From a virus (Duplodnaviria; Caudoviricetes): a stretch of DNA of 64,000 nucleotides. The number at the start of each line of letters is the position of its first letter. The first letter of the stretch is position 1. Shown here piece after piece: positions 51,399-60,750 of the stretch. The stretch lies in the IMG/VR virus record IMGVR_UViG_3300032303_002003, positions 1-64,000 of that record, one strand, 5' to 3'. The translations under genes were made by a program, and so were the position numbers. Below the pieces are notes generated by a model that was not told the DNA's origin, did not search any database, and saw only the letters and a list, made by a program, of their open reading frames with translations.

Positions 51399-52633
51399 AG
51401 AACAAGTCCTTCAGGTGAAATTTTAATTTGTTTATCTTTATTTTCAAAAATCAAATTTTTCTTATTGGTTTTACCAACAAAAACAAAGGTACGATTTTCT
51501 TCTAAAAATTTTTGTGATGCAAGTTCTTGTTCAATAGTTTCACTTAATTTGATAACGTCTTTCATTTTTCTTTTTGCATCAGATTTAGTAACTAATTTTC
51601 TTTTTTGTTGACTTTCTTTAATCATTCTTTGTTCTTTATCTGAAACTTGGAAATATTTTGAAATAACTTTATCAATTTTTGATTCACCAAAAATGCTATC
51701 AATTATTGAACCATATAATGAACCTTCTCCCATTTCTCCTTCAGGTTCTGTACCCATATCTGCAGGCATTTCACCTCCCATATCTTCTCCGCCCATATCC
51801 GGCATTTCATTTCCCATATCTTCTCCACCCATATCTTCCATTCCTTCTTCTTCGTCAAATTTTGAAATGATATCTTCCTTATCTTCTTCTGATAAATTTT
51901 TTAAGTCAGCAGCGGATAAAACCATATTAATAACGTACTTAATATTTTCAGATGTTAACCCTTTTTCATTATCAAATTCTCTCATTTTCTGGGTTAATTT
52001 ACCTGTAAGTTTTTGAATTGATTTGAATGTAACTTCTTCTTCTTTTCCACCCATATCAGGCATTCCTTCATCACCTCCCATATTTTCCATATCAGGCATT
52101 TCACCGCCCATATCCCCTGTTGGTATTTCACCGCCTTCAGGTGAAGGAGGAGTTGCCTCAGGTGATGGTGGTAATTCAGGTGTAGGAACCGCAGGAGGTG
52201 CTGCAGGTGCCGGTGGCATATCCGCAGTTGGTTCATCTTCTGCCGGTGCAGATTTTGGAGTTTTTAAAACAAACTTTTTTTGTTCTCCAAATAAAGAAGT
52301 ACCTTCTTCATTCTCAGTCAATCTATTAACTTCTTTTGTTAAAAGATTTAATCTTTTTAGAGCTTGAGAATATGAAGAATAATACTTTCTGTTTTTCATA
52401 GGTTCAATATAATCAGTCGCAGATTCAGAAATTGTTTTTTTGATGATATAACCCTGTTTTTCTTTTACAATTTCATAGTTATTTCCATCAGCCAAACTAA
52501 TTCCATATTCTGACCTATATGTTTCGTTGATGTTGGATGGTCTATTTTCATTATATCTTGAGAGTTCAATTATTCTCTTGATTTTTTCTTGCCCTTCCAA
52601 TTTTTCACTTCCGAGCGGTTTTAAGTCTCCCAT
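51395..52633 (-). CDS. Putative core protein with Pro-rich and MGGE repeats
   Basis: DMGGE(D/M) repeats, many xxE sites, tandem TATTTAT upstream. Confidence 0.7.
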   Translation of the reverse strand: MGDLKPLGSEKLEGQEKIKRIIELSRYNENRPSNINETYRSEYGISLADGNNYEIVKEKQGYIIKKTISESATDYIEPMKNRKYYSSYSQALKRLNLLTKEVNRLTENEEGTSLFGEQKKFVLKTPKSAPAEDEPTADMPPAPAAPPAVPTPELPPSPEATPPSPEGGEIPTGDMGGEMPDMENMGGDEGMPDMGGKEEEVTFKSIQKLTGKLTQKMREFDNEKGLTSENIKYVINMVLSAADLKNLSEEDKEDIISKFDEEEGMEDMGGEDMGNEMPDMGGEDMGGEMPADMGTEPEGEMGEGSLYGSIIDSIFGESKIDKVISKYFQVSDKEQRMIKESQQKRKLVTKSDAKRKMKDVIKLSETIEQELASQKFLEENRTFVFVGKTNKKNLIFENKDKQIKISPEGLVL

Positions 52634-52694
52634 ATTTTGAGTTTTTAAATTATTTTAATTTTTCTTTATAAATATACGATAAATAGTAAATATT

Positions 52695-53435
52695 TTATTC
52701 TATCGTTTTTCTTTCAATAGATAATTCTTTATCTTTAAGTTTTGTTTTAAGTTCAAATAACCTACCGATATACCCTGAACGTCTCAAATACTTAAAAACC
52801 AAATTTTCATAAGATAGTTCCCCTTCTTTTTCTAAACCTGATTGTCTATATTCTTTAATTTTTTCTTTAAGCTCTTTTAATTTTTTTCCGTCATTTCCTT
52901 CTTTTGCGTCTTCAAGTGCCTTGTCTATCTTTGTTGTCCAAGTTTTAATTTTGGTTTTTAATAATTCCATATCAATATTCTTATGTTTTTTCGGTGGGAT
53001 ATTAACCCACTCATCATACATTATAGAATATATCCCTTCACTAAATTTTTCATCTTTTGCGTCCTGGGCGTAAACTTCAACATCAAAACCATAAATTTTT
53101 ATGTCGTGTTTATCATTAAATGAGTCCTTTTTCAAATCAAACATTTCTTTATAAAGCTCAGGATTATCTAAACCTTCAAAATCAACTAAAAGGTGTAAGT
53201 CAAAATCTGAATATTCCGACCAATTAAAATTGGCTAATGAACCCATTAAATGAATATCTACTATGAATACATCTTCACCTAATTCATCAGAAAACTCATC
53301 AGCAATTTTTAATAATTTTGTTCTAATATTATTTTTAAGTTTTGCTTTTTTTGGTTCTGCGGGATTTTCCCAAACTTTGGGATTTAGAGTATCCCTAACT
53401 TCAAAACTATTCAATATTTTTTGAAAATCTTTCAT
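52695..53435 (-). CDS. Pol-beta superfamily nucleotidyltransferase
   Basis: LMGSLANFNWSEYSDFDLH (GS..DxD) and VEVY third acidic residue. Confidence 0.8.
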   Translation of the reverse strand: MKDFQKILNSFEVRDTLNPKVWENPAEPKKAKLKNNIRTKLLKIADEFSDELGEDVFIVDIHLMGSLANFNWSEYSDFDLHLLVDFEGLDNPELYKEMFDLKKDSFNDKHDIKIYGFDVEVYAQDAKDEKFSEGIYSIMYDEWVNIPPKKHKNIDMELLKTKIKTWTTKIDKALEDAKEGNDGKKLKELKEKIKEYRQSGLEKEGELSYENLVFKYLRRSGYIGRLFELKTKLKDKELSIERKTIE

Positions 53436-53456
53436 TAATAATAAATAGTTGGATAA

Positions 53457-53699
53457 TTAGAGTTTTTTATATTTGTATTTTTTTGCTATTTCAGCCATAA
53501 AAAATTTTCCTTGAGATTCTGCGGTTCTAAATTTTGTGTAGATTTGGTGGGGGACATTTTCATACTCATAAACTAACCCGTTATTAAATTCTGTAATAAG
53601 TGATTTTGTCTCTGTATCAAATGTTGTTTTTTTAATGTTTGAAGACTCAATTTCATTAATAATCTTCGTCCCATCTATCATCTCTCTTTTTACTGCCAT
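53457..53699 (-). CDS. KTSC-domain protein
   Basis: SSNI....FD.....L..EFNNG..YEY.NVP..Y..F..AES.GKFF...I. Confidence 0.9.
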   Translation of the reverse strand: MAVKREMIDGTKIINEIESSNIKKTTFDTETKSLITEFNNGLVYEYENVPHQIYTKFRTAESQGKFFMAEIAKKYKYKKL

Positions 53700-53991
53700 C
53701 TTTTAAAGGTGTTAATTCGTTTATTTGTTTTAACTTTGGAATCATATGTTCTTCAAATTCTTCCCAAGTAATATCAAAATAAGATTTTAAGTCATTAAAT
53801 AAAGTCAATTTTTCATTTTGCATACTGTGATGCAACCTCATCAATTCTTCTGTATAAAATGGAGGTTTCTCCAAATCTTTTTCACTCCATTCGTATTTTT
53901 GAAATAGTTCCCTTAACTCTTTGTAAATTGAAAGGAATTTTTTATCAAAATCACTATACTTTAAAAATTTTTCAAATGGTTTTAGTTTCAT
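53656..53991 (-). CDS. Hypothetical protein
   Basis: 111 aa, TATTTAT 5 nt upstream. Confidence 0.65.
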   Translation of the reverse strand: MKLKPFEKFLKYSDFDKKFLSIYKELRELFQKYEWSEKDLEKPPFYTEELMRLHHSMQNEKLTLFNDLKSYFDITWEEFEEHMIPKLKQINELTPLKDGSKKRDDRWDEDY

Positions 53992-54005
53992 AATATATAA
54001 ATATT

Positions 54006-54043
54006 AAAAAACCCCTCTTTTTTAAGGAGGGGTTAGTTTTTTT
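54006..54043 (-). terminator. Intrinsic terminator
   Basis: AACCCCTC..GAGGGGTT hairpin with A/T runs. Confidence 0.75.
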
Positions 54044-54053
54044 TCAAATAGTT

Positions 54054-54986
54054 TCATCGTGGACCTTTAACGGTTTTGTCTTTTGATATGTCGGCGTGTA
54101 ATCCGCTATATAATGCTTGAGCTTCAGTTTTTGAACCATTTTCGTTTTTACTAGAAAAATGTGGATACTGAGTTACAAACTCTTTCCATTCATTATAATT
54201 GGGGAAGTAGTGAGTATTTTGAAATACCTCACCTGATGGCGTATCTTCTCTCCAAGAAACACTAAAATTGGTTATAGGATTTGTTCTTGGTGGTTGTGAT
54301 TGTACAACCTTTTTTTCGGGTGTAAAATCTGGATTAGTATTTTTTATGTTTTCGGGGGTTTTAATTGGTTCTATAGGTTTTATTGGGGTACTTGTTTGAA
54401 GTGTTGGTTTTTCACCGGGGTCGGCATAATAAGGACTTCTGGCAATACCATCATAATAAGCCCCTTGTGGTTTTAAATATTTATGAACCAAATCCGGAGA
54501 GGAATATTCACCAATTGCGATAGGAAAATTAAATTTTAAACTTTTATAATAATTTAAAATTTTAAAATCACCATATTTTGCATCCATAGGGTCATTACTC
54601 TCAGGATTAGAATTACGACTTAATATGTTATAATCGGTACCAAGACTTTCTCCCTTAATAATATTACCAGGGGTTGTTTTATAATTTCTAATTAAATTTT
54701 TATATAGTTTTTCAAAAGTATAATTACCTCCGTATTTGTTTAACACCTCTACTCTTGATTTTATATCTTCTTTCCAGTTACAATTAGTTTTTTGAAAAAG
54801 ATATGCTTTATGTAAACTAACTGCATCCTCCCAATATTTTAATGCACAATTATATTCCTGTTCATTATCATAAACCTTTTTTTTAGGGTCATACTTGAAT
54901 TTTGAACAGTTTTTATTTGATTCGGGTTCTTCATTAAGAATTCCCATTATTGATTTAATTCTTGATAGTTGTTCATTTAATTTCAT
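54054..54986 (-). CDS. Leader-bearing hypothetical protein
   Basis: Start reassigned to MKLNEQLSRIKSIMGILNEE, 4 nt after TATTTAT. Confidence 0.7.
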   Translation of the reverse strand: MKLNEQLSRIKSIMGILNEEPESNKNCSKFKYDPKKKVYDNEQEYNCALKYWEDAVSLHKAYLFQKTNCNWKEDIKSRVEVLNKYGGNYTFEKLYKNLIRNYKTTPGNIIKGESLGTDYNILSRNSNPESNDPMDAKYGDFKILNYYKSLKFNFPIAIGEYSSPDLVHKYLKPQGAYYDGIARSPYYADPGEKPTLQTSTPIKPIEPIKTPENIKNTNPDFTPEKKVVQSQPPRTNPITNFSVSWREDTPSGEVFQNTHYFPNYNEWKEFVTQYPHFSSKNENGSKTEAQALYSGLHADISKDKTVKGPR

Positions 54987-55039
54987 GATAATAAATACCA
55001 TCATAAATTAAAAAACCCCCAATTAAGGGGGTTCCGTTT

Positions 55040-55426
55040 TTACAACAAACTTATTCTTTTTTTCTTTTCCGTTTTTTTGTAGTTCGCAACAAAGACAGTA
55101 AGTATACCATCTTCAATTGTTGCTTCAATGTTGTCGGGGTTATACTCTTGTCCGATTCTGAATTTTTGTGAAATAACTTTTTCTGTGTCTTCACCATTTA
55201 ATTTATATGTTCTTTTACCTTCAATGTAAAGAACTCCCCCTTCCATTTCTACTTTTAGATTTGACTTATTAAAGCCAGGAACATCAAAGAATAAGTAAGC
55301 TCCGTCTTTGGTGTAGTTTACCTCATAAGGTTCTTTATCTGAATTTTTAACAACCATATTGCTATAAGTAGGTTGTGCGAAAAATCCATCAAAAAATTTG
55401 TCAAAATGTGAATTCAAGTAAATCAT
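55040..55426 (-). CDS. Small heat-shock protein (Hsp20)
   Basis: DVPGFNKSNLKVE..LYIEG..IEATIEDGILTV alpha-crystallin motifs. Confidence 0.9.
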   Translation of the reverse strand: MIYLNSHFDKFFDGFFAQPTYSNMVVKNSDKEPYEVNYTKDGAYLFFDVPGFNKSNLKVEMEGGVLYIEGKRTYKLNGEDTEKVISQKFRIGQEYNPDNIEATIEDGILTVFVANYKKTEKKKRISLL

Positions 55427-55473
55427 AGTTTTTTTGTTTTATTTTTTAAATTTATTTAATTATCTTTGTTTTG

Positions 55474-55489
55474 TCAAGTTATGTGCCAA
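55474..55489 (-). promoter_or_regulatory. Putative sigma54-type promoter of hsp20
   Basis: Minus strand TTGGCAC-ATAAC-TTGA, near consensus TGGCAC-N5-TTGC. Confidence 0.5.
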
Positions 55490-55549
55490 CACAACATATT
55501 ATGACAAAATGACATACATAGAAAATTTTCAGGACAATTTGACAAAAAG

Positions 55550-55581
55550 TTTGGTAATGTCCGAAATTTGATGAACCTTTG
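55550..55581 (+). promoter_or_regulatory. Bacteroidota-type promoter of clpC
   Basis: TTTG, 20 nt spacer, AACCTTTG (one mismatch to TAnnTTTG). Confidence 0.5.
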
Positions 55582-55596
55582 TAAAAATTATAAATT

Positions 55597-57657
55597 ATGA
55601 ATGAACTAATGGATGATGATGACAAAATGATGAGTAAGAAAAAAACCTCGTCAGAAAGTGATACACCTGTGTTAGATAATTTCAGTAGGGATTTAATTAA
55701 ACTTGCCGAACAAGGTAAATTAGACCCTGTTATTGGTAGAGAAAAAGAAATCCTACGTATCGCACAGATTTTATCTCGCAGAAAGAAAAATAACCCAATT
55801 ATTATTGGTGACCCAGGTTGTGGTAAAACCGCAATTGTTGAGGGATTGGCAATTAAAATCTATAATGGTGATTGCCCGAGAAATTTGGTAGATAAAAGAA
55901 TTGTTGAACTTGATTTGACTTCCGTTGTTGCTGGTACAAAATACAGAGGACAATTTGAGGAAAGATTGAAAGTTATTATGGAAGAACTCCATAACAATCC
56001 AAACATTATTGTCTTTATTGATGAAATCCACACCTTGGTTGGTTCGGGAAACTCTTCAGGTTCTATGGATGGCTCCAACATCTTTAAACCTGCTCTTGCT
56101 CGTGGTGAACTCCAATGCATCGGTGCAACAACCCTCAATGAATTCAGAAAGAATATTGAAAAGGATGGAGCACTTGAACGCAGATTCCAAAAAATAATTG
56201 TTGAACCTTCATCAGTTAAGGAAACAATTGAGATTCTTAAAAACATCAGAGAAAAATATGAAACCTATCACAAGGTGAATTATAGTGATGAAGTAATTGA
56301 AGCTTGTGTTAAACTTGCGGACAGATATATCACGGATAGAGGTTTTCCTGATAAAGCATTTGATATTTTGGATGAAGTTGGGGCAAGAATGCAAACCGAA
56401 GTAAAAGTTCCTGAAGAAATTGAGGTATTGAAAAAACAAGCGGCGGAATTGAAACAATTAAAAGTTGACGTTGTTAAAAGACAACAATACGAGAAAGCAG
56501 CAGAGTTAAGAGATAAGGAGAAAAAACTTTTGGGTAAATTGGAAGCGGAGAAAAAGAAGTTTGAAGAGCAGATGCAAAAAGATAAACAAAAAATTTCTGT
56601 TGAGGATGTTTATAGTGTTGTATCTACAATGACAAACATTCCTGTAAGTAAAATGAATGTTGACGATAATGCGGCACTCATAAATCTTGATAAATCCTTA
56701 ATTGATAAGGTTATTGGACAGAATAATGCGGTTATTAAAATTGCAAAATCAATTAAAAGAAACAGATTAGGTATTAAAGACCCAAATCGTCCAATTGGTT
56801 CATTTGTATTTCTTGGTTCAACAGGTGTTGGTAAGACATATCTCGCAAAACAACTGGCAAAAGAGATTTTCGGTAGTGAAGATTCACTCATTAGAGTTGA
56901 TATGTCGGAATATCAAGAGAAACATAGTATATCAAAAATGTTAGGCACTACCGCTGGTTATGTTGGGTATGATGATGGAGGATTTTTAACTGAAAAAGTA
57001 AAAAATAAACCATATTCTGTAATTTTATTTGACGAGGTTGAGAAGGCTCATAAAGACATATTCACAATATTACTTCAAATTTTAGATGATGGGTATGTGA
57101 CTGACGGACAAGGTAGAAAAATCAACTTCAAAAATACTTTAATCATTTTGACTTCAAATATCGGAGTTAAAAAATTACAGGACTTTGGAACAGGAATTGG
57201 TTTTAGCACAAATGCTTATAGCAATGAAGAGGCTAAAAAACAAATGCTAATGAAAGAAATGAAAAACTTTTTCTCTCCCGAATTTATCAATAGGATTGAT
57301 GATACAATAGTATTCAACACATTAAATTCTGACGATATTAAGAAAATTACTAAAATTGAATTAGATAAGTTAATGGAAAGAATTAAAGGGATGAATTATA
57401 CTTTCACATATGATGATAAATTGGTTGATTTAATACATAAAGTGGGGTATGATGAAACTTATGGAGCAAGACCAATTAAAAGAGCAATTCAAGATAGGGT
57501 TGAGGATTACATCTCAGAAGAAATACTTAAAGGTATTGTTAAAGAAGGAGAATCTAGATTTATTGATGTTATTGACGACCAATTAGTTTTGATTCAATCG
57601 CCCGAAGTAGAAGAGGAAACCAAGAAAAGAACAAGAAAAAAGAGAGGGGTTAACTAA
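55597..57657 (+). CDS. clpC: ClpC-like AAA+ ATPase lacking the N-terminal Clp domain
   Basis: [24 protein letters not shown]-like [29 protein letters not shown] loop, YGARP. Confidence 0.92.
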   Translation: MNELMDDDDKMMSKKKTSSESDTPVLDNFSRDLIKLAEQGKLDPVIGREKEILRIAQILSRRKKNNPIIIGDPGCGKTAIVEGLAIKIYNGDCPRNLVDKRIVELDLTSVVAGTKYRGQFEERLKVIMEELHNNPNIIVFIDEIHTLVGSGNSSGSMDGSNIFKPALARGELQCIGATTLNEFRKNIEKDGALERRFQKIIVEPSSVKETIEILKNIREKYETYHKVNYSDEVIEACVKLADRYITDRGFPDKAFDILDEVGARMQTEVKVPEEIEVLKKQAAELKQLKVDVVKRQQYEKAAELRDKEKKLLGKLEAEKKKFEEQMQKDKQKISVEDVYSVVSTMTNIPVSKMNVDDNAALINLDKSLIDKVIGQNNAVIKIAKSIKRNRLGIKDPNRPIGSFVFLGSTGVGKTYLAKQLAKEIFGSEDSLIRVDMSEYQEKHSISKMLGTTAGYVGYDDGGFLTEKVKNKPYSVILFDEVEKAHKDIFTILLQILDDGYVTDGQGRKINFKNTLIILTSNIGVKKLQDFGTGIGFSTNAYSNEEAKKQMLMKEMKNFFSPEFINRIDDTIVFNTLNSDDIKKITKIELDKLMERIKGMNYTFTYDDKLVDLIHKVGYDETYGARPIKRAIQDRVEDYISEEILKGIVKEGESRFIDVIDDQLVLIQSPEVEEETKKRTRKKRGVN

Positions 57658-57769
57658 TCCCTCTTTTTATTTCTTCAATAATTTCATCATCAGTTAAAAA
57701 ATAAGGTAATCTTATTAATTTAATACCTTCTAATTTACAAAAAATATTTTTTATCTCAATTATTGATAA
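57650..57769 (-). pseudogene. C-terminal remnant of a Vsr/DUF559-like endonuclease
   Basis: Startless frame reads [36 protein letters not shown]. Confidence 0.55.
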
Positions 57770-57772
57770 TTT

Positions 57773-58132
57773 TTATTTACACCAATTTTCAGATAAACGT
57801 TGTTCAAGACCTGCGTCCGTATATACTTTACCATCTCCACCCAAAGAAACACCAGTTAATTTTCCTGTTTGACAACTGAAACCTATTTCGTGTCTACCTT
57901 GACCACCAAAATTAACTACGAGTATTTGACTATACGGAGATTTTTGATTAGTTGTTTTTGAAGGGTTATAAATTTTTTCTATCTTTCCAAGCATTTTTTT
58001 CTTGCTTGTTTCCATAATAAAATTCATTTGAGAACCAATAATTGAGCCGCTATAATTATTTTTTTGTTCTTTTATAACTCTTTTAACCAATCTTGTTAAA
58101 TCAGATTCTGTTAATCTTACAATTTTTGCCAT
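57773..58132 (-). CDS. Leader-bearing hypothetical protein
   Basis: MAKIVRLTESDLTRLVKRVIKEQ leader; TATTTAT upstream. Confidence 0.75.
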   Translation of the reverse strand: MAKIVRLTESDLTRLVKRVIKEQKNNYSGSIIGSQMNFIMETSKKKMLGKIEKIYNPSKTTNQKSPYSQILVVNFGGQGRHEIGFSCQTGKLTGVSLGGDGKVYTDAGLEQRLSENWCK

Positions 58133-58168
58133 AATATTAATTTTATAAATAAATATCTCATAAAATTA

Positions 58169-58201
58169 AAAATCCCCACTTCTAATAAGAGTGGGGATTT
58201 A
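58169..58201 (-). terminator. Intrinsic terminator
   Basis: AAATCCCCACT..AGTGGGGATTT. Confidence 0.8.
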
Positions 58202-58203
58202 AA

Positions 58204-59043
58204 TTAAAATATTGAACTGTAAGTTCTTTTCTTCTCGTCCTGTCGTTTTTTGTGTTTGATATACCCAAGGGACTCAATCATCTGTTTACCTATCTCAATT
58301 CCATTATAAACATCCTCAATCACCACATATTCATTTCTTGTGTGATAGTCATAATAACCAATTGAAAAGTTGATACAAGCAAAATCAAATTTGTCTGATA
58401 AAGCATAAACATCAGTATAAGGATGAACCATATATCTCATTCTATCATTATCCATCCCTTCGGTTAATACCTTATCACATTTCTCAAAAAAGTCAGAATC
58501 TCTATCAAAAAGGACATTTCCAAAACACTGTTCGGTAATCATCCAGTTTTCAGGGGCATCAAATTGAATACCGTATCCAACATTTTCAAAAAAAGTTGGG
58601 TCCGCCATTCGTGAGCCGTGACATCCCGTTTCTTCTGAAACAAAGAAAGCGGCTTTAACATATGGTAATTCTTGTAAAAGTGTTAAACAAGCAAACACAC
58701 CACATTTATCATCACCACCAATTCCTGTTGGAAGATTATCATCGTTATATGCCTTCAAAGATGGTTTTAATTCACCTTGAGCGTTCTTTAACATCTCTTC
58801 TCTAACATTTATTGTATCAAGATTGTGAACTGTATCTGTGTGAGAGATTACACAAGGAAAATAAAAGTCATCTGAAACTTCTTGTTCCTTCTTGGTTGCA
58901 TAAACATTACCATAATCATCCATATAATGGTTGATGTTATTTTCTGTTAACCAATTTAACAGATAGATAATCATTTTTTCTTCTTTATATGTTTTGGTGG
59001 GGACTGAAAGAACCTCTTTTAATAATTCTAAATTTTGTATCAT
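58204..59043 (-). CDS. M20/M28-clan zinc peptidase-like protein
   Basis: SHTDTVH, GGDDKCG, SEETG, QFD, YHT metal ligands. Confidence 0.8.
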   Translation of the reverse strand: MIQNLELLKEVLSVPTKTYKEEKMIIYLLNWLTENNINHYMDDYGNVYATKKEQEVSDDFYFPCVISHTDTVHNLDTINVREEMLKNAQGELKPSLKAYNDDNLPTGIGGDDKCGVFACLTLLQELPYVKAAFFVSEETGCHGSRMADPTFFENVGYGIQFDAPENWMITEQCFGNVLFDRDSDFFEKCDKVLTEGMDNDRMRYMVHPYTDVYALSDKFDFACINFSIGYYDYHTRNEYVVIEDVYNGIEIGKQMIESLGYIKHKKRQDEKKRTYSSIF

Positions 59044-59060
59044 TTAATATTTGTTTGATA

Positions 59061-59068
59061 CAAAGATA
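59061..59068 (-). promoter_or_regulatory. Bacteroidota -7 promoter element
   Basis: TATCTTTG on minus strand 17 nt upstream of peptidase ATG. Confidence 0.55.
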
Positions 59069-59086
59069 AGTAAAAAATGTGAATAA

Positions 59087-60670
59087 TTAAAATCTTTCAG
59101 GTTTTTTTGTTGGGAAAGTAAAATTTACAAAATTAAATATTTTTTCTTCAATATTTTCCCATCTTCCGAATTCTGATGTTGTTACTGGAGATTCTCTATC
59201 TAAACCCATTGCAGATGCAATTTTTTCAAAATATGTTCTAAAATTTTTATATTCTTCCAAAAACTTTTCATTTTTTTCCCAATTAAACCAATCAGAAGTT
59301 ACAGGTTTTAATTCAACAAACCACACAACACTTCTGTTATAATCATCAGGTATTGAATATCTAATTGTGTTATTATTTTCTTTGGGCCAAACAGAAAAAA
59401 CTTTTAAACCATTTAAACCATCAACAGGAAAACCTTTAATCGCCGCTTTAAAAATATAATCAACAACTTTTTGAAAAGTTTCTTTTGATTTTTCTCCCCC
59501 AAAATGAGATAGACTGGCTTCAGGCTCGGAGAATTTTTTCTTTAAAAAATGGATTGGGTCAAAATATTCTTTTACCACATTTTCTTGCAGTTTGAATAAC
59601 TCGGGGTGATGTAATAGTAATTTTAATCCTTCAATATCAACTTTTCTTAATATTACACTAGCATGCCAATCATAAGGATTTTGTGATAATTTAACCAATA
59701 TTTTTAATGTGTCTCTATCAACGCTCTCAATTCTAAATTTATATTTTTTGTCTTTTGGTAGTTCTTCCCATCTTTGTAAATCATAACCCATCTCAAATAT
59801 TTGTTTATAAATCTGACTAACTCTAAGAGTATCTTCATCTTCCTCAAGTTTTTCAATTATTCTATCAAGTTGGGTTTCAATTCCTCTATTAAATGCAACA
59901 TCATCAAAATTGTCGGAGTCTCTAAACTCATATTGGTTTTCATTCCATCCACCAAGTCTTTCTCTTCCTCTTGAATCACTCATTGTAAATTCACAAATTT
60001 TGGCAAATAAATCTTCAAAATCTAAATCTTTCTCGTTAAGTCTCAAATACCACATTAAAAGATTAGCGGGGGTTGATGTGAGCATATCAAAATTCCTGTA
60101 TAATTTAAAACCAATTTTATTTAAAAATTCGTTTAATTCTGTACTGATTGACTCTTTGGCGGTTATTCTAATTTCTTCATTAAGATATGTATGAAAATAA
60201 TCAATCATATTACTCGCTTCATTTCTAAAAAGTTCATCTAATGTTTTCGCCAAAAGAGAGTTGTCCGATTCGATACTTAATTCAATTTTTTTTCCAATAA
60301 TCATTTGTGAAATTTCTTGGAGCTTTTTCAAATTCTCTTCATTAAAGTTATAAAAAAGTGAGCCGTACCCCTGAATAAAATCATCATACATACTATCATA
60401 AGCTTCAATATCAATATTTGAGTATGAATCCATAACCCTTCTCGCAAACCATCCGTCATCTTCATCTAATCCCAATAATTCAAATATTTTTTCATCATCA
60501 CTAAATTCAAATGTGATTTCTGATTGTGCAGGATTACTTGCACGGGAGATTCTATAGATGTCTTTATCGGCACCATCAAGTTCATCCTCATCAATTTTAC
60601 CCCTCGTATATAATCTTAACGCTTTATATAGAGTTAAGTCTTCATCATCTTCTTCTAATATGAATTTCAC
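59087..60670 (-). CDS. Hypothetical acidic protein (GTG start)
   Basis: 527 aa, TATTTAT upstream. Confidence 0.75.
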   Translation of the reverse strand: MKFILEEDDEDLTLYKALRLYTRGKIDEDELDGADKDIYRISRASNPAQSEITFEFSDDEKIFELLGLDEDDGWFARRVMDSYSNIDIEAYDSMYDDFIQGYGSLFYNFNEENLKKLQEISQMIIGKKIELSIESDNSLLAKTLDELFRNEASNMIDYFHTYLNEEIRITAKESISTELNEFLNKIGFKLYRNFDMLTSTPANLLMWYLRLNEKDLDFEDLFAKICEFTMSDSRGRERLGGWNENQYEFRDSDNFDDVAFNRGIETQLDRIIEKLEEDEDTLRVSQIYKQIFEMGYDLQRWEELPKDKKYKFRIESVDRDTLKILVKLSQNPYDWHASVILRKVDIEGLKLLLHHPELFKLQENVVKEYFDPIHFLKKKFSEPEASLSHFGGEKSKETFQKVVDYIFKAAIKGFPVDGLNGLKVFSVWPKENNNTIRYSIPDDYNRSVVWFVELKPVTSDWFNWEKNEKFLEEYKNFRTYFEKIASAMGLDRESPVTTSEFGRWENIEEKIFNFVNFTFPTKKPERF

Positions 60671-60699
60671 ACAAATTTTATTTATAAATATTCTTTTGT

Positions 60700-60730
60700 T
60701 TTGAATATTGAATATTTATTCTTACCTTTA
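60700..60730 (+). promoter_or_regulatory. Overlapping host-type and late-type promoter elements of tmRNA
   Basis: TTTG-19nt-TACCTTTA with TATTTAT (60713-19) in the spacer. Confidence 0.5.
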
Positions 60731-60750
60731 CAAAAGTTATTTGAAATTAT

